From Vulcanimicrobiota bacterium (GTDB taxonomy: Bacteria; Vulcanimicrobiota; Vulcanimicrobiia; Vulcanimicrobiales; Vulcanimicrobiaceae): a stretch of DNA of 64,000 bases. Where the stretch lies: assembly GCA_963851255.1 (NCBI GenBank), contig CAWKOF010000007.1, positions 55,826 through 119,825 on the forward strand, read 5' to 3'. The position numbers and the translations under genes were made by a program. The notes under the pieces are model-generated. The model had not been told where the DNA came from, ran no database searches, and saw nothing but the letters and a program-made list of their open reading frames with translations. Of the stretch, positions 24,102 through 33,436 are shown piece after piece; positions within the stretch are counted from its first letter, which is position 1, and every line of letters starts with the position of its first letter.

Positions 24102-24968
24102 ATGAGCGGAACGGAGATCGATCCCACCGCAGCGGGGTCCGAAAGCTTCAACCGGCGCGTCTTCGTGGGCATTTCCGCAGCTGCGACGCTGGCCGCATCG
24201 GCGGCGGCCGCGTCCGCGCAAGAGCAACTCGGCCAGCCGCATCCGCCGTTGGTAGCCGAGAGCGATCCGGCGATCACCGTCGAGCACGTCAAGCTCGAGC
24301 GGCCGGACACGGTGGTCCCCGCTTACGCCGCATGGCCGGCCGCGGCCGGACCGGGCACTCCTTCGGTCGTGGTGATCATGCACGTCTGGGGCGTCGACAC
24401 GTCGATCCGCGATGTCGTGCGTCGTTACGCGAAGGCCGGCTTTGCCGCGATTGCCCCAGATCTCTACGCGCGCTACGGCGCGCCGAGCGGCGACGGCTCG
24501 ACGGATTACACCATCTTTCGCCCGTACTCGAAGCAGCTCGACCGGACGATCTACACCGGCGACATTCGAGCCGCCGCACTCTGGCTCTCCACGAAGTTTC
24601 CGGGCACGAAAATCGGTCTCACCGGTTTCTGCATGGGCGGTCATATCGCGTGGAACGCCGCCCTTGACGACACCAATCTGTTTTCGGTCGTCGCTCCATT
24701 TTACGGAGCGGTCGCCGGCGTCGACCCCAAGGCGATCGCGATCCCGGTCTGCGGCAGTTTCGGCGGCCGTGACACCGGCATTCCCGCCGCCGACGTTCGG
24801 GCATTCGCGGCGGCGTTAACGGTACCCAACGATGTCCGCGTTTACGACGAAGCCGGACACGCGTTCTTCGACGATCAACGCGCTTCGTACGTTGCGTCGG
24901 CGGCGGCCGACGCGTGGAAACGTACGCTGGCGTGTTTCGATAAGTACTTGCGCGGAGCGACGAAGTGA
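24102..24968 (+). CDS. Dienelactone hydrolase family protein, probably Tat-exported
   Basis: 288 aa. Leader FNRRVFVGISAAATLAASAAAASA and the DLH nucleophile motif GFCMGG. Confidence 0.85.
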   Translation: MSGTEIDPTAAGSESFNRRVFVGISAAATLAASAAAASAQEQLGQPHPPLVAESDPAITVEHVKLERPDTVVPAYAAWPAAAGPGTPSVVVIMHVWGVDTSIRDVVRRYAKAGFAAIAPDLYARYGAPSGDGSTDYTIFRPYSKQLDRTIYTGDIRAAALWLSTKFPGTKIGLTGFCMGGHIAWNAALDDTNLFSVVAPFYGAVAGVDPKAIAIPVCGSFGGRDTGIPAADVRAFAAALTVPNDVRVYDEAGHAFFDDQRASYVASAAADAWKRTLACFDKYLRGATK

Positions 24969-26086
24969 TCGTCGTCGAAGCGCTCGCGCTCTTTCTCTTC
25001 GGCTGCGCGCTCGGCGGCACGCTCGCGTGGCTTTCGGCGCGCTCGCACCAAGAGAAAGCGATCGAAGCGCTCTTGGAGCGCACCAAGAACGAGCTGCGCG
25101 AAGCGACGGCGACGCGCGCCAGCGAGCGCGTCGGCGAACTCGTCTCGCCGGTCGCCCAGAAGCTCGGCGAGTTCGACCGGCTCCTCGGCGAGCTCTTAGG
25201 GCGCACCAATCAGCTCGAGAGCGCTACCCAGAACCTGACGACGCAGACCTCGACGCTGGTGAGCGCGCTGCGCAATCCGGCATCGCGCGGCAAGTGGGGC
25301 GAAATGCAGCTGCGCAACGTCGTCGAGAAGGCCGGAATGCTCTCCTACTGCGACTTCGTCGAACAGCAGACGGTCGCGCTCGAAGAGGCGCGCGGGCGAC
25401 CGGACATGACGGTCAATCTCCCGGGCGAGCGCTGCGTCTTCGTCGATGCCAAAGCGCCGCTCGACGCACTGCAAGCCGCGCTCGAGGCCACCGACGAGAC
25501 GGCTCGCAAACGGCTGGTCAAGCAGCATGCCCGCGCCTTGCGCGATCACGTCGACCAGCTTGCGCGCCGCGGCTACCAGACCGCGCAGGGCTCCGCGGAT
25601 TTCGTGGTGATGTTCGTCGCGGGCGAAGCCTTCCTCGGCACCGCCTGCAGCGAGGATCCCGCACTCATTGATTACGCGCTCGACAAAGGCATTCTCGTCG
25701 CAGGTCCGCTCGCGCTCATCAGCCTGCTCCGAAGCTTCGCGATGGGCTGGCAAGCGTTGCGCCAGGAAGAGAACGCAAAACGGATCGCGACGATCGGCAA
25801 AGTTCTCTACGAGCGCGCGATCAAATTCTCCGAGCACCTGCTCGAGGTACGCAAGCACCTCGAGCGTTCGGTCACTGCCTTCAACGGCGCGGTGAGCTCT
25901 TACGAAACGAAGCTGCTGCCGCAGGGACGCAAGCTCAAGGATGAAGCCGCGCTCTCCGGCGACGAGATGGCCGAGCTTCCTCCGATCGACGTCGTGCCTC
26001 GAACCGTTACCGCGCTCGATACCGGTTCGAGTGCGAAACGCTTACCGCGCTCGCAGCAGCTCTTCGCCAAAGACGACGCCGTATAA
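24965..26086 (+). CDS. rmuC: DNA recombination protein RmuC
   Basis: 373 aa. N-terminal TM plus coiled coil, then RmuC core RGKWGEMQLRNVVE ... DFVVMFVAGE. GTGA overlap with the upstream gene. Confidence 0.85.
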   Translation: MIVVEALALFLFGCALGGTLAWLSARSHQEKAIEALLERTKNELREATATRASERVGELVSPVAQKLGEFDRLLGELLGRTNQLESATQNLTTQTSTLVSALRNPASRGKWGEMQLRNVVEKAGMLSYCDFVEQQTVALEEARGRPDMTVNLPGERCVFVDAKAPLDALQAALEATDETARKRLVKQHARALRDHVDQLARRGYQTAQGSADFVVMFVAGEAFLGTACSEDPALIDYALDKGILVAGPLALISLLRSFAMGWQALRQEENAKRIATIGKVLYERAIKFSEHLLEVRKHLERSVTAFNGAVSSYETKLLPQGRKLKDEAALSGDEMAELPPIDVVPRTVTALDTGSSAKRLPRSQQLFAKDDAV

Positions 26087-26089
26087 TCC

Positions 26090-26641
26090 CTACTGCTTTG
26101 AGGAGTGATCCGCTTCCCACGCTTTGAGCGCCGTCAGCGTGTTCTCGACGTGTTGCGACGGATCGAGACTCGTATACGTGTAGACGATCGTTCCGTCGGG
26201 CGCGATCACGTATGACGTGCGGTTGGCGTACTGCGGGTGCTGCGACAGCACGGCGTCGTATTCTTTCATGACGGTCTGATCGGTGTCGGCCGCCACCGGA
26301 AACTTGCTGCGGCACTCGCTTACCGAGAACTTCTGCAGCGTATCGAGCTGATCGTGCGAGACCCCGATGACCGTCGCGCCGAGCGCCTTGTATTGATCGC
26401 TCGCGTCGGCGAACTCGTGGGCTTCGATCGTGCATCCTTTCGTAAATGCGGCCGGATAGAAGTAAAGTACGACCGGCCCTTTCTTCAACGCGTCCGCGAG
26501 GTTGAAGGTAAAGACGTTGCCGCCTTGCGTGGCCTGCAGGGTGAAGCCGGGCGCTTTGCTCCCGGTCGAGAGCGCGGCAAATGCCGGCGCCGTCAGGCAG
26601 AACGCGACGATCGCGGCGAGCAGCGGAAGATGCATCCTCAT
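26090..26641 (-). CDS. Secreted peroxiredoxin (AhpC/TSA-BCP family)
   Basis: 183 aa. Signal peptide and peroxidatic Cys context FYPAAFTKGCTIE. Confidence 0.85.
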   Translation of the reverse strand: MRMHLPLLAAIVAFCLTAPAFAALSTGSKAPGFTLQATQGGNVFTFNLADALKKGPVVLYFYPAAFTKGCTIEAHEFADASDQYKALGATVIGVSHDQLDTLQKFSVSECRSKFPVAADTDQTVMKEYDAVLSQHPQYANRTSYVIAPDGTIVYTYTSLDPSQHVENTLTALKAWEADHSSKQ

Positions 26642-26655
26642 CTCTGTGGTCCTTT

Positions 26656-27804
26656 CTACAACCCCATTAGGCGTGCGAGAATCAGGCGCTGGACCTCATT
26701 GGTTCCCTCCCCGATCTCGTTGATCTTCTGATCGCGGTACATTCGGGAGATCGGGTATTCGTCCATGAACCCGTACCCTCCGTGAATTTGGAGGGCGTCG
26801 TTGACGACGCGGTGTGAGAGCTCGCCCGCGAAGAGCTTCGCGAAACTCGCGGCCTGGACGTAGTCGCGGCCTTGGTCTTTCTCCCAGGCGGCGCGTAACA
26901 TCATCAGTTTAGCGTGCTCGATCTCGGTCAGCATGTCGACCAGTTTGAACGAGATCGCCTGAAACTTGCTGATCGGCTGGCCGAATGCGTGCCGCTCGCG
27001 CGCGTAGGCGAGCGCCTCGTCGTACGCGCCCATGGCAAGCCCGATCGAAAGGGCCGCGACCGAGATGCGCCCGCCGTCCAGAATTGAAAGAAACTGCCGG
27101 TAGCCCTCGCCGCGGGGTCCCAGCAAGTTTCCTTCGGGCACCTCGGCGTCGGCAAAGGAGAGTTCACGCGTGTCCGACGCACGCCAGCCCATCTTCGCGT
27201 ACTTTCGGCTGCGGGTGAATCCCGGCGTATCTTGCGGCACGATAACGTTCGAGATCTCGCGCGAGCCGTCCGCGCGGCGTCCCGTCACGGCGGTAATCGT
27301 CGTTCCCCCCGTGATTTCGGTCCCGGAGTTGGTGATGAACGCCTTGGTGCCGTTGATCACCCACTTTCTGTCGCGCAGCTCCGCCCTGGTCTGCACGTTC
27401 CCGGCGTCGCTGCCGGCACTCGGCTCGGTGAGGCCGAAGCCCCACAAGCGCTCGCCGCGCGCGAGCGGGACGAGATACTCTTGCTTCTGGGCTTCGGTTC
27501 CGAAAAGATAGAAGGGCGTCGCGCCGAGCGAGACGTGCGCGGCCATCGTGATCGCCGTCGAGGCGTCGGCGCGCGCGATCTCCATGACCGCGAGCGCATA
27601 GCTCACCGTGTCGCCCCCGGCGCCGCCGTACTCTTCGGGGAAAGGCAGCCCCATGAAGCCGAGCTCGGCCATCTTCGCGATCAACTCGTATGGAAATCGT
27701 TCGTTGCGATCCATCTCTTCGGCGCGGGGCCGTACCTCGTCGCGCGCAAACTCGCGCGCGAGGCTCTGGACGGCCTTTTGCTCGTCGGTTAAATCGAAGT
27801 CCAT
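26656..27804 (-). CDS. Acyl-CoA dehydrogenase (short/medium-chain type)
   Basis: 382 aa. Full ACAD architecture, GFGLTEPSAGSD, and a C-terminal IHGGYGFMDEYPISRMYRDQKINEIGEGTNEVQ. Confidence 0.9.
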   Translation of the reverse strand: MDFDLTDEQKAVQSLAREFARDEVRPRAEEMDRNERFPYELIAKMAELGFMGLPFPEEYGGAGGDTVSYALAVMEIARADASTAITMAAHVSLGATPFYLFGTEAQKQEYLVPLARGERLWGFGLTEPSAGSDAGNVQTRAELRDRKWVINGTKAFITNSGTEITGGTTITAVTGRRADGSREISNVIVPQDTPGFTRSRKYAKMGWRASDTRELSFADAEVPEGNLLGPRGEGYRQFLSILDGGRISVAALSIGLAMGAYDEALAYARERHAFGQPISKFQAISFKLVDMLTEIEHAKLMMLRAAWEKDQGRDYVQAASFAKLFAGELSHRVVNDALQIHGGYGFMDEYPISRMYRDQKINEIGEGTNEVQRLILARLMGL

Positions 27805-27849
27805 GGCAAAGGTATAGCCGCGAGCTTCATTTAAACTCCTCTCCCGGCG

Positions 27850-28560
27850 ATGATCTCCCTCCGCGGCGTTTCGCTTGTTTATCCGAATGGAGTCCGCGCC
27901 CTCGACAACGTTAGCCTCGAGATTGCAAAAGGCGATTTCGTCTTCCTTGTTGGGGACTCGGGAACCGGAAAGTCGAGTCTCCTTCGTCTTTTATATCGCG
28001 AAGCGAGACCGTCTACCGGTGAAATCGTCGTCGACGGCATTCGCGTCGATCGTTTGCGGCGCAGCCGCATACCGGCGTTGCGCCGCCATCTCGGGGTGGT
28101 CTTCCAAGACTTCAAGCTGCTTGTCGATAAGACGGTGTGGGAGAACGTCGCCTTTGCGATGCAGGTGACCGGAGCCCACACGCGCGACGTGATGCGCCAG
28201 GTGCCGCGGGTGCTCGATCTGGTCGGCCTCTCGCATAAGAGCCGCATGTACCCCAACGAGCTCTCCGGCGGCGAGCAGCAGCGAACCGCAATCGCCCGGG
28301 CGCTCGTCAACAATCCAAAGATTCTGCTCTGCGACGAACCGACCGGTAATCTCGACCCCGCCAACACCACGGAAATCACGGCGCTGCTGCAGCGCATCAA
28401 TCTCAAAGGAACGACCGTCGTCGTGGCGACCCACAACCAAGCGGTCGTAGACCGCATGCGCCGGCGCGTCGTGCGCCTGGAAGACGGCCGCATAACGACC
28501 GACGAGGAGCGAGGCTACTACTATCTTGGACTCGGGCAAGGTCAAGTTCTTTCTGGGTGA
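27850..28560 (+). CDS. ftsE: Cell division ATP-binding protein FtsE
   Basis: 236 aa. Walker A GDSGTGKSS, signature LSGGEQQR, Walker B ILLCDEPTGNLD. Followed by ftsX. Confidence 0.9.
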   Translation: MISLRGVSLVYPNGVRALDNVSLEIAKGDFVFLVGDSGTGKSSLLRLLYREARPSTGEIVVDGIRVDRLRRSRIPALRRHLGVVFQDFKLLVDKTVWENVAFAMQVTGAHTRDVMRQVPRVLDLVGLSHKSRMYPNELSGGEQQRTAIARALVNNPKILLCDEPTGNLDPANTTEITALLQRINLKGTTVVVATHNQAVVDRMRRRVVRLEDGRITTDEERGYYYLGLGQGQVLSG

Positions 28561-29407
28561 GGTGCTGCGCAACTTTTCGCGCAACACCGGGATGCAGATG
28601 ACGGCGATCGGCACGGTCGCGATCACGATCGTGCTGCTTGGCCTCTTTCTCTTCGTGCGCGCCGCGGTCGCGGATGCCGGCCGTCAGCTCCTCGATCAGA
28701 TCGAAGTCTCCGCCTACCTGCACACGGACGTAACGCCCAGGCAAATAACGGCAATCGCGCACGCGCTAGCGGCCGATCCGCGAGTCGCATCGGTCCAGTT
28801 CGTTTCGAAGAAGCAAGGTTTGGCGGAGCTGCGCGCGCGGACGCAAGGCACGATCGACACCGCGTTGCTGACCGAGAATCCGTTGCCGGACAAGTTCCGC
28901 ATCAAAGCTCGCGTTCCGGACGAGGTTCCAGCAGTAGCCGCGAACGTTCGCCGTTTGAGCGGGGTCAACAACGTCTACTACGGGCAGAAGATCGTCGCGC
29001 GTTTGCTGCAGCTCGGAGCGGTCCTGCGGCGGATCGGCATCGCGGTGATCGTCGTCTTCTTCGTCGTCGCCGGAATCATCATCTCAAACACGATTCGGCT
29101 TACGGTTTTCGCGCGGCGGCGCGAGATCGCGATCATGCAGCTCGTCGGCGCCACCAGCACGTACATTCGCCTGCCCTTCATTTTCGAAGGGTTGCTCGAC
29201 GGTCTGCTCGGCGCGCTGGTCGCGATTGGATTGCTCGCGCTCGCGCGCGCCGAGCTGTGGCCGCGCCTGCTCGAGGCGCTCCCATGGGCCCAGCTCACGG
29301 TCTCGCCGGTCGACCCGCGCGTCCTGGCCGGCCAGTTGGCCTTAATCGGCGCAGCGATCGGATTCGTCGCGTCGTGGATCTCCGTCGGGCGTCACCTGCG
29401 TACGTAA
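28526..29407 (+). CDS. ftsX: Cell division permease-like protein FtsX
   Basis: 293 aa. One TM, a periplasmic domain and three C-terminal TMs. Typical FtsX N-terminus FFLGEVLRNFSRN. Confidence 0.85.
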   Translation: MDSGKVKFFLGEVLRNFSRNTGMQMTAIGTVAITIVLLGLFLFVRAAVADAGRQLLDQIEVSAYLHTDVTPRQITAIAHALAADPRVASVQFVSKKQGLAELRARTQGTIDTALLTENPLPDKFRIKARVPDEVPAVAANVRRLSGVNNVYYGQKIVARLLQLGAVLRRIGIAVIVVFFVVAGIIISNTIRLTVFARRREIAIMQLVGATSTYIRLPFIFEGLLDGLLGALVAIGLLALARAELWPRLLEALPWAQLTVSPVDPRVLAGQLALIGAAIGFVASWISVGRHLRT

Positions 29408-29414
29408 GCGACGG

Positions 29415-30590
29415 ATGCGCGTTCGTCTCGCCGTCATCGCCGTAGCGCTCGCAATCGTTCCGGCGCTCGCCGGCGGAACGACGATCGAGCAACGCATCGC
29501 CAACGAACGCGCCAAGGCTGCGCAGATTCAAGCCCGGCTTCACACCAAGCGCGCGGAGCTGCACACCGTAACGATGCACTACGACGATTTGCAGCGGCAG
29601 CTCGGCGAAACAAACGCGGCGATCGGTCAGGTCAGCGGCCGCATTGACTCGCTGCAGACGCAGCAGAGCTCGACGCAACGACGCATCGATTGGACTTCAA
29701 TTCAGCTCGACGCGGCGCAGCGCTCGTTACGGCTGCACGACCAACTGCTCAAACGGCGGCTCGTCGACATCTACGAATTCGGCGACCTCACCTACTTTAA
29801 CGCGCTGATCGGAGCCCGCTCGTTCAGCGAGTTCGTCGAGCGCTGGGAAGACCTGCGGCTGCTGATCGCCGCGAACGAACGGACGGTGCGAACGCGCAAA
29901 ACCGCCGAGGAGCGGGTAGCCTCGATCGAAGCCGATCTCGAGCGAACCCGGCTCGCGCTGCAGCAAGAAGAAGCCGCCCAACAGGAGGCGCGTAGTCAGC
30001 TCGATTCGCTCGCGGGCGAGCGGAAGAACCTGGTGGAGCTTACGGCGGTTCGCCGGCGCAGCGTCGAATCGCAGGTCGCGCAGATAGAGGGACTTTCGGC
30101 CGCGGAGGAATCGGCGCTCGAGGGATTGATCCTCGAGCGCGAGCGTGAGCTCGCTGCGCAGCGGCGCGCGGCCGGCATTGCGGGCGGCGTCGAAAGCGGC
30201 GCTCCCGGCATGTTCTCGTGGCCGGTCACCGGAACGATCACCTCGCCATTCGGTTGGCGCACCAATCCCTTCGGCGGTGGTCCGGAGTTCCATCAGGGGC
30301 TCGACATCGCCGCCCCGATGGGTACTACGGTCACCGCCGCGGCGGGTGGCACCGTGATCATGGCGCAGTGGTATGGCGGCTACGGCAACTACGTTCTCAT
30401 CGATCACGGCGCCGGCTACTCGACGGGCTACGGACACCTCTCGGCGATGTACGTCTCGAGCGGCCAGTCGGTCCAGCGGGGTCAGGCAATCGGCGCGGTC
30501 GGCTCGACCGGGCAGTCGACCGGGCCGCACCTTCATTTTGAGGTGCGGATTGCCGGTAAGCCTGTTGACCCCGCGCCCCGGCTCCATTAA
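29415..30590 (+). CDS. Coiled-coil M23 family metallopeptidase (EnvC-like)
   Basis: 391 aa. Signal peptide, ~230-aa coiled coil, and LytM motifs HQGLDIAAPMGT and GSTGQSTGPHLHFEV. Confidence 0.85.
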   Translation: MRVRLAVIAVALAIVPALAGGTTIEQRIANERAKAAQIQARLHTKRAELHTVTMHYDDLQRQLGETNAAIGQVSGRIDSLQTQQSSTQRRIDWTSIQLDAAQRSLRLHDQLLKRRLVDIYEFGDLTYFNALIGARSFSEFVERWEDLRLLIAANERTVRTRKTAEERVASIEADLERTRLALQQEEAAQQEARSQLDSLAGERKNLVELTAVRRRSVESQVAQIEGLSAAEESALEGLILERERELAAQRRAAGIAGGVESGAPGMFSWPVTGTITSPFGWRTNPFGGGPEFHQGLDIAAPMGTTVTAAAGGTVIMAQWYGGYGNYVLIDHGAGYSTGYGHLSAMYVSSGQSVQRGQAIGAVGSTGQSTGPHLHFEVRIAGKPVDPAPRLH

Positions 30591-30657
30591 GACTTAACGA
30601 GTAATCTCAAAGCCGAGCAACTCGTAGCCCGCCCAAGCGGGTATTGATAGAGGACAG

Positions 30658-32067
30658 ATGAGCCGTTCCGTACGCCTCCTTTCGACCGTCTTACTCGTCG
30701 TCGCGATCGCCGCGGCGACCGCGGTCTTTATCAGCTACCGGTGGGGCCCGCTCGCGCGGCAGTCCGTGCTCGAGGTTGCCACGACCGGCGACTTGCGCGA
30801 CCTCTTCGGGTCGAACGGGCCTCAGGGATCGATGCTGGTGGACATCGCGCTGCGCAAACTCGAAAGCGATTTCTACAAGCCGATCGACCCGCAGACGCCG
30901 CTTGCCGGCGAAAGCGCGAGTCTGCACACATTACTGAACGCAAAACGGGTCGAGAACGCGACGCTGCCAAGCTCGGCGGCGGAGGGCGATCCGCGGCTGG
31001 ACGGCGAGCGCGCCGGCAACTTGTTGACGTTCGCGCAGCAACACTATGCGGGCGACGTCGGACCGAGCGGCCGCGAAGATCTTACCGATGCTGCGTTACG
31101 CGGCATCATGAGCTCGGTGCACGATCCGTACACCGTGTATCTCTCGCCGCGCGAGATACAGGGGCTGAACGAATCGCTCTCGGGCGGCAACTTCGGCGGC
31201 ATCGGCGTTTACATTTATCAGCTCAAAGACGGTCGGATCGTATTGCAGCCGATTGAATCGCTGCCGGCCGCGCGCGTCGGAATGAAACCCGGCGAGATCG
31301 TCGACACGGTCGACGGTAAATCGGTCCGCGGTATGAGCATCGACCGCGTCGAGGAACTGATTCGAGGCGAAGTCGGAACCGCGGTGCGCGTGCGAGGGCA
31401 TGCGTACAACGCGCCTTCAACGGAACAGACGTTCACGATCGTGCGCGAGATCATTCACGTGCCGACCGTCCGCGCGAAGATCGAAAACGGGCTCGATTAC
31501 GTCCGCCTTTCGGACTTTGGCACAACCTCCGCCGACGAGGTCCGCAAGGCTCTCCTCGACGGGCGCGCGCACGGCGCGCACGGGTACATTTTAGACCTTC
31601 GCGACAACGGCGGAGGACTGCTCGACGCTGCCGTTGAGATCTCGAGTCTTTTTATCCCGCAAGGAACAATCGTCTCAACGATTCGCCGCGACGGTCAGCG
31701 CACGAGCCAAGCGGCACTCGGCGATGCGATCGGAGGGCTCCGCCCGCTTGCCGTGCTGGTCAACAAGTACACCGCGAGCGCCTCGGAGATTACGGCGGGC
31801 GCGCTCCAGGACTACCGGCTGGCAACGCTGATCGGAACCCGCACCTACGGCAAAGGCGTGGTGCAGAGCATCTTCCCGATGCCCGATCAGGGAGCGCTCA
31901 AGATCACAACCGCACGCTACCTGACCCCGGCCGGGCGGGACATCCAGCACCACGGCATCGAACCCGACGTAGTCATCGAGCAGGATGCGAATCCCGCCCT
32001 GATCGACACCCGTGCCGATAAACAGCTCGCTGCCGCAAAGGCACGTTTACAATCCGCGATACGTTAA
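30658..32067 (+). CDS. S41 carboxy-terminal processing peptidase
   Basis: 469 aa. N-terminal TM, PDZ segment (GGIGVYI ... GMKPGEIVDTVDG), catalytic region LVNKYTASASEI ... TYGKGVVQ. Confidence 0.85.
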   Translation: MSRSVRLLSTVLLVVAIAAATAVFISYRWGPLARQSVLEVATTGDLRDLFGSNGPQGSMLVDIALRKLESDFYKPIDPQTPLAGESASLHTLLNAKRVENATLPSSAAEGDPRLDGERAGNLLTFAQQHYAGDVGPSGREDLTDAALRGIMSSVHDPYTVYLSPREIQGLNESLSGGNFGGIGVYIYQLKDGRIVLQPIESLPAARVGMKPGEIVDTVDGKSVRGMSIDRVEELIRGEVGTAVRVRGHAYNAPSTEQTFTIVREIIHVPTVRAKIENGLDYVRLSDFGTTSADEVRKALLDGRAHGAHGYILDLRDNGGGLLDAAVEISSLFIPQGTIVSTIRRDGQRTSQAALGDAIGGLRPLAVLVNKYTASASEITAGALQDYRLATLIGTRTYGKGVVQSIFPMPDQGALKITTARYLTPAGRDIQHHGIEPDVVIEQDANPALIDTRADKQLAAAKARLQSAIR

Positions 32068-32077
32068 TTTGGAGATC

Positions 32078-33436
32078 ATGAAACGCTTCTGCTCCCTTCT
32101 CTTGGCCGCCGCGCTGAGCGGCGCGCTGATCCAGCTCCCGGCCGCCTCGGCCGCCCAGGCGCAGCTCTCGTCGGTGGATGCCGGGGAGATCGCGACCAGT
32201 TACGGTTATCTGACCGACAACTTCTATAAGAAGGTCGACCCGCAAGTCGTCCTCGACTCGATTCGCACGCAGCTTCTCGCTGCGATGCGCACGGCCGGAG
32301 TCAAGAACGCCGCGCTCCCGGTCGTCCATGCAAGCGACGGGTCGACGAGCAACATCCGCTCGATCGACCACCAGGTCGAACAAGCCGGACTGGAGTCGAA
32401 GTCGAAATTTTCGCTGCATCAGCTGACTTACGTTGCGCTCGACGGGATGCTGAAGTCGGTAAACGATCGCTACACCGTCTTCATGACGCCTAAGGAGTTC
32501 GCGGGACTCAATGAGGGTCTCGACGGCGGCGATTTCGGTGGGACCGGAATCGTGATTCAGGTTGACGACAAAACGAAGTACATCTCGGTCGAAAACGTCG
32601 TTCCGGACGGTCCCGCCGATAAGGCCGGAATCCAACAAGACGATCTCATCACGGCGATCGACGGCGCGTCGACACGGGGAATGAACCTTAATGCTGCCAG
32701 CGGCAAGCTGCGCGGTAAGGAAGGCACCAAAGTGACGCTGACCGTCGAGCGCGACGGCGCGGCACTCCAGGCGCCGATCATGATTACTCGCGCCAAGATC
32801 CATCAGCTCAGCGTCTACGAGAAGATGTTGCCCGGCAAGATCGGATACATCGCGCTGACCGTTTTTGGCCGGGAGACGGGCGACGAGCTCAACGCCGCAC
32901 TCGGCCGCTTGCAGCAGCAAGGGGCGCGCGCGTTGATCCTCGATCTGCGCGATAACGGCGGCGGCTATCTCGAAGCGGCCGTCGCGGTGAGCTCGAAGTT
33001 CATTTCGAGCGGGCCGATCGTTTCGGTGGAGTCGCGCGCCTCGAACATCACCACCCTCGACGCCGACGATACCGCGATCAATCCGTTACCGCTCGTCGTT
33101 CTCGTAAACGGCTACACGGCATCGGCCTCGGAGATCACTTCGGGCGCGATCCAAGACAGCAGCGTCGGCACGATCATAGGGACGAAGACGTTCGGCAAGG
33201 GCGTCGTGCAGACGATCATTCCGCTCCCCGACAAGAGCGCGATCAAGGTCACGACCGCGCGTTATCTGACTCCGCGCAACCGCGACATCAACCACCTCGG
33301 GATCACGCCCGACGTCCAGGTGGTCGAGAACAAACATCCGCAGTTCGGCCAGCCGGCTAAAGACGAGCAGCTCACCCGCGCGATTCAATACCTAGACGAC
33401 AAGCTCGCCCATCTCAACCAGGAGAATAACTCCTAG
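32078..33436 (+). CDS. S41 carboxy-terminal processing peptidase (second paralogue)
   Basis: I prefer ATG 32078 (RBS GGAG 4 nt upstream; signal peptide MKRFCSLLLAAALSGALIQLPAASAAQA). PDZ plus LVNGYTASASEI ... TFGKGVVQ. Confidence 0.85.
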   Translation: MKRFCSLLLAAALSGALIQLPAASAAQAQLSSVDAGEIATSYGYLTDNFYKKVDPQVVLDSIRTQLLAAMRTAGVKNAALPVVHASDGSTSNIRSIDHQVEQAGLESKSKFSLHQLTYVALDGMLKSVNDRYTVFMTPKEFAGLNEGLDGGDFGGTGIVIQVDDKTKYISVENVVPDGPADKAGIQQDDLITAIDGASTRGMNLNAASGKLRGKEGTKVTLTVERDGAALQAPIMITRAKIHQLSVYEKMLPGKIGYIALTVFGRETGDELNAALGRLQQQGARALILDLRDNGGGYLEAAVAVSSKFISSGPIVSVESRASNITTLDADDTAINPLPLVVLVNGYTASASEITSGAIQDSSVGTIIGTKTFGKGVVQTIIPLPDKSAIKVTTARYLTPRNRDINHLGITPDVQVVENKHPQFGQPAKDEQLTRAIQYLDDKLAHLNQENNS

